A program made the position numbers and the translations under genes. Below are positions 53,080-60,759 of a DNA stretch of 64,000 bases, piece by piece. Numbering within the stretch: the first letter of the stretch is position 1; the number at the start of each line of letters is the position of its first letter. Below the pieces are notes generated by a model. The model was not told the origin of the DNA. It searched no databases and saw only the letters and a list, made by a program, of their open reading frames with translations. This DNA is from an uncultured Acidobacteriota bacterium (GTDB lineage Bacteria; Acidobacteriota; UBA6911): positions 256,001 through 320,000 of the forward strand of contig CAWEJX010000020.1 of the NCBI GenBank assembly GCA_963809485.1, written 5' to 3'.

Positions 53080-53478
53080 GTCAGGTACCTCCGGCAAAGC
53101 CGGAAGCTTGAAAGATTTGAACCGCTCAAAGCGGTTGGAGAAGTTACACCGGTCTTGAACGCTGACTTACGCGGGCAAAAGCCGATGAGGCGCTTCTGAT
53201 CCCCGAAGGGGCCAGCGCTCCTCGCTGGACAGTTTTCTGCGCCGGCACTGTGGCAAGCGCCGTGAGGCAAGGAGATGAAGGGCATGAGAAATCGGGCGTT
53301 TGCCACAGCGCCGCCGCAGAAAACTCCATCAGAAGCGCCTCATCGGCTTTTGCTCGCCGACCCTCGCCGAACAAATCGGCGTTTGTCAGCGCTTTTATCA
53401 GCGTTTCTCAGCGTTTCAAAATACGGAGCGGTCAAACTCTTTGAGTCCCCCGGCAGAGCCGAGGGTTTACCAATATTT
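53080..53478 (-). mobile_element. Non-autonomous IS200/IS605-derived element, copy 3, longest, with nested hairpin interior
   Basis: Same ends as copies 1 and 2; perfect 26-bp internal inverted repeat at 53175-53200/53328-53353. Confidence 0.75.
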
Positions 53479-53540
53479 ACAATTCCATTTAAGTTGATAT
53501 GTGATTTAATATTCAAATAGCCGAACCGGAGGACTCATCG

Positions 53541-54410
53541 ATGAAGCAAGCCTGCTCGCGACGCACCGTGCTGGGAATGGGGCTGGGATCCGTGGTTTTA
53601 GGAGCCTGCAGCCGCGCCATTTCCGCAATAAGAACCAAACCTGAAAACACCCGTCAAGAGGTAAAACGTATGCCCGACATGAGCGAATGGAATCGTTATG
53701 GTGAAGAGCTGGAAAAACTCCTGCGACTGCGCACATCACCCATCGCAGTGAAGATGATTGAAAAAGAGGGAGACATCCCGAAAGACGCCATAAGGCCCAA
53801 GAGGGATCGCGGCTACCATATAGCGCAATGCCAGGCATTCGCCCTGTCGCGCCGCGAGGGGACCACCGTCGCCATGTTGAAAGAGGATCACTGGTGCCCG
53901 ACGGCCCTCATGGCCTATGGATTGGTCAACCAGCCGGAGGATGTCACCAAATGGAGCCATCCTTATAAGTGTTTTGAGCCGGGCAAATACTTTGGCATAG
54001 TCACAGCGCCCCTGAAGAGCGCCACGTTCCAGCCGGACACCGTCATCATGTACTCCAACACCTCACAGTTGAGGGGCCTCTTGATGTCCCTTAAAGTCGA
54101 GGAGGTCCCGCTGGTGAACGGGCATTTCTTCCCACCCTCCTGCTCCTGGGCGGTCTACAATCCGATGACAACCGGCCGATACTGGGTCGTGCTTCCGGAT
54201 CCCGGCGAATATGAGCGCGCTCTCACAGGGGAAGATGAAATGATGTTCTCGATCCCGCCCGCCAGGATGGAGACACTGATGGCCGGCCTGAGAGAGAGTT
54301 CGAAGGGGTACTTCGGCTATTTGAATCATCACATGTTCATGATGCCCGATTTCCCCCAGCCGGAACTCTATAAACGCATGTTTAAGCAATGGGGACTGGA
54401 TACCAAGTAG
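53541..54410 (+). CDS. DUF169 family protein with N-terminal twin-arginine-like signal
   Basis: LRLRTSPIAVK, CQAF...R..G, HWC, PD.V..Y and PGEYERA....DEMMFSIP. N-terminus SRRTVLG...LGAC. Confidence 0.75.
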   Translation: MKQACSRRTVLGMGLGSVVLGACSRAISAIRTKPENTRQEVKRMPDMSEWNRYGEELEKLLRLRTSPIAVKMIEKEGDIPKDAIRPKRDRGYHIAQCQAFALSRREGTTVAMLKEDHWCPTALMAYGLVNQPEDVTKWSHPYKCFEPGKYFGIVTAPLKSATFQPDTVIMYSNTSQLRGLLMSLKVEEVPLVNGHFFPPSCSWAVYNPMTTGRYWVVLPDPGEYERALTGEDEMMFSIPPARMETLMAGLRESSKGYFGYLNHHMFMMPDFPQPELYKRMFKQWGLDTK

Positions 54411-54411
54411 G

Positions 54412-55110
54412 ATGCAAAAGATGGTGCTTCATGATTATTCCGACAGGCGCTCTTGTTTCCTGCAGCTCCACCTGGGCGGAGACCGGAATTTCTGTTACCT
54501 GATCGGAGATCTGAAAAGCGGAGAGGCGGCTGCGGTGGATCCCGGCTTCAGGGCCGGCAAATTTGCCGAAGCTGCCAAGGACCGAAACCTCAAGATACAA
54601 AAAATACTCCTGACCCACGGACATTCCGATCACGTGGATGAGGCCGGGGAACTGGCCCGGATTACTAAAGCCGCGGTCTATGCCGGCAAGGATGAAAATG
54701 TGCCGGGCGCTGTTGCGGTAAATGACGGAGATAGGCTGTATCTGGGTAAAAGGCCGATTGTTGTTTATCACACGCCCGGCCATACGCCCGGCCATACCTG
54801 TTATCTATTCGAAAAGAAGCTGATGACCGGAGATCTGCTTTTTTGCGGAAAGGTAGGGGGAACCGGGCGTCATTTCCCCGGTTCCTCCCCCGAAGCGGAA
54901 TGGAAATCCCTGCGGCGCATCATGAAGCTGCCGGACGATATTCAAATTTTTCCCGGACATGACTATTACGGCGGGCAGGGCAGCATGCAGAGTTCCACGG
55001 TGGGCTATGAAAAACTCAACAATCCATTCCTGCTCTGCAAAAACTACCAAGCCTTCATTCACCTCAAAGACACCTGGGATTCCTACAAGGCCGCCCATGG
55101 AATCCGCTGA
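54412..55110 (+). CDS. MBL-fold metallo-hydrolase (glyoxalase II-like)
   Basis: THGHSDH, TPGHT, TGDLLF, PGHDY and NPFL. Confidence 0.88.
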   Translation: MQKMVLHDYSDRRSCFLQLHLGGDRNFCYLIGDLKSGEAAAVDPGFRAGKFAEAAKDRNLKIQKILLTHGHSDHVDEAGELARITKAAVYAGKDENVPGAVAVNDGDRLYLGKRPIVVYHTPGHTPGHTCYLFEKKLMTGDLLFCGKVGGTGRHFPGSSPEAEWKSLRRIMKLPDDIQIFPGHDYYGGQGSMQSSTVGYEKLNNPFLLCKNYQAFIHLKDTWDSYKAAHGIR

Positions 55111-55235
55111 ATCAGGATGCGCTTAAGGTGATGAACTGCCCGGCCATGTAACTGCACACATCGGATGCAAGAAACGCCACAACCGGAGCGACATCTTCAG
55201 GCGTGCACAACCGGCCCAATTTTGCGTATTGTTTT

Positions 55236-56006
55236 TCAGCGCCCTGTCTCCCGTGGAGGCTCCAGCAGGTCTTCGAGTTTTTTCAGCGCCATTTCGGCAG
55301 GTTCCTGAATCGTAAGGTCAACCAGGTCCGAAGCGGGTGTGGCCTCAGGGTTGATCTCTACTGTGAAAGCGCCGTTTCCCTGTGCATGACCGACTAGGCC
55401 GGCTGCCGGGTAGATCAGGGCGGATGTCCCGACAGTCATGAAGATATCGCAGTTCAGCGCGGCGGCGGATTGCCCCAGGATTTCAGGATCGATGCTCTCC
55501 CCGAACCAGACCACACCGGGCCGTATGAGCCCTCCGCAATACGGACAGGATGGCGGGATGCAGGGAAGCGGAACAGCGTCGTTAATCCACCGCCGAGGCG
55601 AAGCCCCGCAGTGATTCCAGCAGAAAACCTCCCAAATCGATCCATGAAAGCGGATGACATTTTCGGTCCCGGCCTTCTCATGCAGACCGTCGACATTCTG
55701 AGTGATCAGCGTGAATCCGGGATAGCGTTTGCTCCAGACCGAGAGAACGCGGTGCGCGGCGTTGGGCTGGCATTTGGAGATCAATCCCCGCCGCCAGTCG
55801 TACCACTCCCAAACGAGCTGAGGATTTGACTGGAATGCCGCGGGCGTCGCCAGATCCATCGGAGAAAACGATTTCCAGAGCCCCTCCTTGCCTCGAAATG
55901 TCGGAACGCCGCTGGCCGCCGACACGCCGGCTCCGGTGAGCACTGTTATTTTCGATGCATTTTGAATGCGCCGGGCAAGCGGAACAAGACGATCATCAGG
56001 CTGCAT
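55236..56006 (-). CDS. cobB: NAD-dependent protein deacylase (class III sirtuin)
   Basis: TGAGVSAASGVPTFRG, TQNVDGLH, HGS, RPGVVWFGE, GTS and EINP. Confidence 0.92.
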   Translation of the reverse strand: MQPDDRLVPLARRIQNASKITVLTGAGVSAASGVPTFRGKEGLWKSFSPMDLATPAAFQSNPQLVWEWYDWRRGLISKCQPNAAHRVLSVWSKRYPGFTLITQNVDGLHEKAGTENVIRFHGSIWEVFCWNHCGASPRRWINDAVPLPCIPPSCPYCGGLIRPGVVWFGESIDPEILGQSAAALNCDIFMTVGTSALIYPAAGLVGHAQGNGAFTVEINPEATPASDLVDLTIQEPAEMALKKLEDLLEPPRETGR

Positions 56007-56127
56007 GTCAGCAGGCTCCTCTTACCTATAAGCACGAAACGCACAAAGCCAATGCAATGTCCTTCCTACGTATTGGGGCATTGGGTGCCAGATATCTTTT
56101 GGGCGGCAACCGTCAGACAAACCTTTC

Positions 56128-56269
56128 GAGACTGTCGCAAAACTACTACCCCGACAGGGGCTGGGTCAAAGGGCCAATGGCAGACACTGTATTCGCGGCC
56201 GCGAATTGGTATGGCGCTGATTTATGGGTTCGGCTTAGAGATCCTCGCCAGCAATTTTGAGACAGCCCC
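56128..56269. mobile_element. 142-bp MITE with imperfect terminal inverted repeats and a 4-bp target duplication
   Basis: GAGACTGTCGCAAAA ... TTTTGAGACAGCCCC (12/15 match), flanked by TTTC on both sides. Confidence 0.6.
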
Positions 56270-56313
56270 TTTCCCACGTCCGATCAGCAAAGCCCGAATT
56301 CGCTTCCCCCTTT

Positions 56314-58746
56314 TCACTGCGCCGTAAACTCGACATCCGCCCGCGCCGTCGCAGCTTGAGTTGAAGCGTTATCAGTAGTCTCCACCACAAGGCTATATTT
56401 CCCGGGCTGGACATCCGGGAAATTCATCGAGAATCCAATTATGGCTTCCGATTTATTGATCAGGGAAAGATTATTGTCCAGCGCAACAGGCAGCAGAGCG
56501 ACCTCTTTCCCTTCTTCGCTTATCAGCCTGACCTTTGCCGTCAAATCCCACTGACCGCCGCCGGCAATGCTGTATATTTTAAACAGGATGGGCACCGCAG
56601 ACCCGATCTTGATTCTGTTATCCACGCTGGGAGTGATCTGCATGCCCGCATAGATCAATGGATCGCTGTCATCCAGCAATTTGGCCTGGAGGTTCTGTAT
56701 CAGACCGGGCAAGCGGGACACGTTTTCCGCAAGGACGAGACTGCTGGCCGTGAATCCGCGCTCCGGCGGAGCAGGCACTTCCAGAAATTGCTCCATCGAT
56801 CCCAGGTTGTTCGCTTCGTCCGATGTGGCAAGCTTCAGACGGTATTTCCCCGGGCGCAGCCTGAAGTAATTGCGATAGCTCAGATTTGCCTGGCGGAAAT
56901 CCTTTTCTTTTTCCTTGTCGAACGCAAAGTGCATGGTCTCGCTGAAGCGGGCCGAAACGCTGCCGTCTTCCGCGTAGGCTACGCCCATGACATTGAGATC
57001 GCAGGTGGACTGTCCGCCCTTCTTCTTCACCTCCGCCTTTTCGGCGCGGATTTTTGCCAGCACCAGAACCCTCGCCATGCGGGGTGAATCGTAGAAATAC
57101 GCAGGTCGAAAAACAAGGGGCAGCTGGGTCGCCGGCTCGGGAGCAGCCAGGGCATTCAGAAGCGTCTTTTCCTGTCTGGAGCTTGCCAACGCATCGATGG
57201 GACGCCTGTCCAGATAGCCCTTCCGGTATCTCAATTTCAATCCCTTCAGGCTGGTCTTGACCTCAAGTTTCCGGAAAGCGCCGTCATGTTTCGGATTGTT
57301 GGATTGAAAACCCAGGATGTAATAGTTGCTTAACTGCTGGTCCAGTTTGTCAAGCTCGACGTCGTAGTTGTTGGTATTGTATATGGATAATCCGCCTGTA
57401 TCGGACGCCAGAGATTTCAACAGGCTCATGGACGAGTTGTCCTCCCAGGGATTCATGTTGTTTGGATTCCTGGAATCCGGAAAAATGGAGCTGTCCGGGT
57501 AGCCGCTCATATTGCTGTCCGGATATCCCCGGGTACCGCTGCCTGTGTTACCTCCGGTACTACTGCCGGTCGTCCCGCCTGTTGTACCGCTCGTCCCGCC
57601 GCTGGTACCGCTACCCGCACCGGTGCCGCTGCCTGTACCGGCACCCGTTCCCCCACTGGTGCCGCCGCCGGTTCCCCCACTGGTGCCGCCGGTTCCCCCA
57701 CTGGTGCCGCCGCCGGTTCCCCCGCCTTGCTGTTGAAACATCGAATTGCCCAAAAAACTCCGGCTCCCGGAATTCGGACCCCATGAGAGTGCCGAAAATC
57801 CCTTTGACGAGGAAGCCGGTTGAGAGGATTTCTTGAGCGCAAAGGCTGCGGGGTTCTTCTCAGGCTTGTGAAGCTCTCCAATGGTGCGTGAGTCCAATCC
57901 GGCGGGGTCAATGGTGTAAAAAACCACATTGGATCTCTTCGCGGAATTCAGAGTGTTTTTGTAAAGTGTGTCGATAATATCGGCGCTGAAATATCCGGAT
58001 TCGGAAAAAAGCAGCACGGATTTTGAGCCTTTGAGATGCTCGATAGCCAAATTGAGCGAGTGAAGCGCACGGAGAAGATTTCCCAACTTGTACCCCTTGG
58101 TGGAAGATGGAGCATCCTGCGTCGGCCAGGTTCCCGAGCTTCGCCGCGTGTCCGTCGACAGGCGCGGATCCGGCGTCATGTCGGCGCTGGACACCGCCGG
58201 CTGGGCTATAGCCTTTAATATATCCTCGGGCTCGCGGGTGAAGTTCTGCAAAATTTTCAGCGAATTGTCGTACGAAGCCACTGCGAACAGATCCTGGGGC
58301 CTCATGTGCTCCCTGACGAATCTTTCGGCTGAATCACGGGAACGCTTGATATGCGCCGGTGTGATGGTGCTGTCGTCGAAGATAATCAGCACGGTCTTCC
58401 CTCGTTCCAGGTCGTCCTCTTCCATGGAAGCCAGACCTGGAGAAGGATTGCCCGGCTCAGCGGTTACTTCATCGAAGCTTATAATTTCCTGCTCCTTCCC
58501 GTCTTCGTAGAGCCGGAAATCTTCCTTCTTGAGGTTAGACACCGGTTTGCCCTTTTTGTCCAGCACGATCACTTCAGCTGTCACCAGCTCGACATCCACA
58601 CGCAGACTGAAGGACCGCCCGGACTGGGCAGCCGCCTGCCGCCCTGCCGGGTCCCGGGAATCAGGAGAGACAACAATCCCGCAAAAGCATAGACATCCAA
58701 GAAGAATTCGCATGACCCGGATTTTGCCTGCCTTATTGACGGACAT
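56314..58746 (-). CDS. VWFA-related acidobacterial domain protein with Gly/Thr low-complexity linker
   Basis: LRVDVELV...DKKG..V..L...DF...EDG..Q.I, LASDTGG and YYILGF....DGAFRKL..K...LRYRKGY. Start reassigned to 58746 (SD AAGGAGG). Confidence 0.8.
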   Translation of the reverse strand: MSVNKAGKIRVMRILLGCLCFCGIVVSPDSRDPAGRQAAAQSGRSFSLRVDVELVTAEVIVLDKKGKPVSNLKKEDFRLYEDGKEQEIISFDEVTAEPGNPSPGLASMEEDDLERGKTVLIIFDDSTITPAHIKRSRDSAERFVREHMRPQDLFAVASYDNSLKILQNFTREPEDILKAIAQPAVSSADMTPDPRLSTDTRRSSGTWPTQDAPSSTKGYKLGNLLRALHSLNLAIEHLKGSKSVLLFSESGYFSADIIDTLYKNTLNSAKRSNVVFYTIDPAGLDSRTIGELHKPEKNPAAFALKKSSQPASSSKGFSALSWGPNSGSRSFLGNSMFQQQGGGTGGGTSGGTGGTSGGTGGGTSGGTGAGTGSGTGAGSGTSGGTSGTTGGTTGSSTGGNTGSGTRGYPDSNMSGYPDSSIFPDSRNPNNMNPWEDNSSMSLLKSLASDTGGLSIYNTNNYDVELDKLDQQLSNYYILGFQSNNPKHDGAFRKLEVKTSLKGLKLRYRKGYLDRRPIDALASSRQEKTLLNALAAPEPATQLPLVFRPAYFYDSPRMARVLVLAKIRAEKAEVKKKGGQSTCDLNVMGVAYAEDGSVSARFSETMHFAFDKEKEKDFRQANLSYRNYFRLRPGKYRLKLATSDEANNLGSMEQFLEVPAPPERGFTASSLVLAENVSRLPGLIQNLQAKLLDDSDPLIYAGMQITPSVDNRIKIGSAVPILFKIYSIAGGGQWDLTAKVRLISEEGKEVALLPVALDNNLSLINKSEAIIGFSMNFPDVQPGKYSLVVETTDNASTQAATARADVEFTAQ
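57645..57726 (-). repeat. In-frame 21/24-bp tandem repeat encoding GG(G)TSGGT
   Basis: GTTCCCCCACTGGTGCCG(CCG)CCG repeated three times plus a partial unit. Confidence 0.85.
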
Positions 58747-58804
58747 AATCCTCCTTATGATTCGAGATTCGAAACTCGAGATTCGAGATTGGGTAGCTGA
58801 ACCC

Positions 58805-60562
58805 TCATGGGATTTCAACCGCCTTGGTAACAGAACCCATTTTGCCCTGAGTGCTTTCACGCACAACGGCCTTGATCTTGTAACGGCCCATTGGGAGTTT
58901 GAGTTCAACCCTGGACGTAAGGCCCTGATCGAGGAGGCTGGCGTAGCTTGTCTCCAGCAGCCGGAACTCGATGGATTTTTCCACCCCATCGATGTAGCGG
59001 TCATTTTCATCAAAAGCCACCAGAACCATGCTGATCAGATTTTTGCGCCTGGCGTCCTCGTCGAGGAAATGCAGGCCGCGTATGCTTATATTGGTCAGGA
59101 ATGAGACTCCGTATGTCGAATCATCCTCCTGGTAATAGTTGTAGGCAAGGTAGAGGGGGATTTCATTAAGATTGCCGGGCGCCTGCAGGGCTTCCATGAT
59201 ATCTTCCTTTTTCCGCCTTTCAAAAGTCATCTCCTCCTTGGGAGCGTAGTATCCCTTGCGGTAGGAAAGCTCCAGCCCCGGACGCGATACTTCCAGCTTG
59301 ATGCGGCGAAATCGGCCGTCTGCCTTTTGTGAAGGCATGGCGTAAGTCAAAACATAGTAAGCCGATTGCCTGTGGACGATCTTTTGGAGCCCTCCATACA
59401 GGTCGTTGTTGTTATGGAAAAAAATACCTCCCGTTTCGTTGGACATTTGAAACAGCGGATCCTCCTGCGCCAACTGGTCTTCCCGATAGAAAGACATTTT
59501 CTGGCCAGCAATCGACGCATCGAGGATAGTTCTCTCGCTCGCCGAAGGAAAGTAGGTATCCAGTCCGCGGATGTCCAGGCAGTTCAGAACGACTCCCGAA
59601 CGCAACGCGAGGTCGACAACCTCCTGGAGCTGATAAAATACCGGCGAGGCGCTTTGAGACAAAAAGCCGTCGGAAAACAGAACGAGGCTTTTGGTAGCCT
59701 CGAAATGTCTCAGCGACCGAAGGTGTTTCCGGAGGGTGTCCAGCAGGCTGTGCGTCCGGTACTCGGATTCCTGGCTATGCCTGGAAGCCTCCATCAGCAC
59801 ATGATTTTTGGCAATTTGGATAATCCGCTCCCTCTCCTCTTCGGTGTCGTTTGTGGGATTCAGGTTCAGGCACCTGATAGCCTCCGCAACAGCCACTTGC
59901 AGAGAGGGATCCTGAGCATCCATGGATGCACCCCAAGCCTGGCGGTCGGAGATTCTCTGTGCCTGCAGATCCGTAAGATCGGGGCAATCCGACTGTATGG
60001 CCACGGCAAGATTCAGTTTCCCAAAAATTTCGTCGATTTCCTCCAGGAGCCTCTGCTTGTCGTCGGAGAACGGATACCGCGCACGCCCGGAACCCGACAG
60101 TATCGAAACCTGGTCCATCGGGCCAAGGTCATTCTCCACAAAATTGGTTACGGCCTGGATCATCCGCGCATAGCGATCGTTCGAATTTATCGTGACATCA
60201 TCAATCACCAGCGAGATCAGCCTGGGACGGCTGGAGCCCGGAGTTTTTCCGGCTTGGGCGGAAGGTCTTGCCCGGGTTTCCGCCGCCTGCGCCGGTGCGG
60301 GTTCGTAGGATTCCATGGCAAAAGTCTGTATAGCCTGCGGCTTCCCCTCTTCAAACACCTTGAAATCGTTCGCGGTCAGGTCGGTGACAGCATTCCCGTT
60401 CTTATCCGCAACGGTAACGTTGACCACGATGACGTTTACGGGGACTTTGAACGTGGTTTGAGCCTTTTCTGTTTCCCCTTTTTGAATTTTTTTATTCTGA
60501 GCCGGAAGTAGAGAGCAGAAGAGCGCCAAGAGCAGAACAATGATTAGATATCGCTTTAACAA
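58805..60562 (-). CDS. VWFA-related acidobacterial domain protein (secreted)
   Basis: Signal peptide, VNVTVADKNG..VTDL...DF.VFEEG..Q.I, LFSDG, ETGG and YYVLTY...DGRFRRI...YRKGYY. Confidence 0.82.
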   Translation of the reverse strand: MLKRYLIIVLLLALFCSLLPAQNKKIQKGETEKAQTTFKVPVNVIVVNVTVADKNGNAVTDLTANDFKVFEEGKPQAIQTFAMESYEPAPAQAAETRARPSAQAGKTPGSSRPRLISLVIDDVTINSNDRYARMIQAVTNFVENDLGPMDQVSILSGSGRARYPFSDDKQRLLEEIDEIFGKLNLAVAIQSDCPDLTDLQAQRISDRQAWGASMDAQDPSLQVAVAEAIRCLNLNPTNDTEEERERIIQIAKNHVLMEASRHSQESEYRTHSLLDTLRKHLRSLRHFEATKSLVLFSDGFLSQSASPVFYQLQEVVDLALRSGVVLNCLDIRGLDTYFPSASERTILDASIAGQKMSFYREDQLAQEDPLFQMSNETGGIFFHNNNDLYGGLQKIVHRQSAYYVLTYAMPSQKADGRFRRIKLEVSRPGLELSYRKGYYAPKEEMTFERRKKEDIMEALQAPGNLNEIPLYLAYNYYQEDDSTYGVSFLTNISIRGLHFLDEDARRKNLISMVLVAFDENDRYIDGVEKSIEFRLLETSYASLLDQGLTSRVELKLPMGRYKIKAVVRESTQGKMGSVTKAVEIP

Positions 60563-60697
60563 TGTCTTCGGCCTCGTCAGAGTTCGGTTGTCGCCGGAGA
60601 AATCGGCCTTGACTGATGGGTAATAAAATCATATCAGCAAAGGCTCCCATCATAAAGGGAATCGGTGAAGAAAAGGGACCGCGACCGAATCGAAGAC

Positions 60698-60750
60698 AAA
60701 AAAACGCCACGGATTCCACAGATTGCAGGAGTGAAATTCGTGGCGTTTTT
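60698..60750 (-). terminator. Terminator after the AOR-family gene
   Basis: AAAAACGCCACG...CGTGGCGTTTTT stem with a T-tract on the minus strand. Confidence 0.65.
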
Positions 60751-60759
60751 GCGGAACGG

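Noticed and set aside
52945-53520. Short ORFs overlapping the repeated element (also 19836-20220 and 2380-2814)
   Set aside because: Shared peptide text such as FEPLKAVG reflects the DNA repeat. Frames and stops differ between copies and there is no HUH transposase motif.
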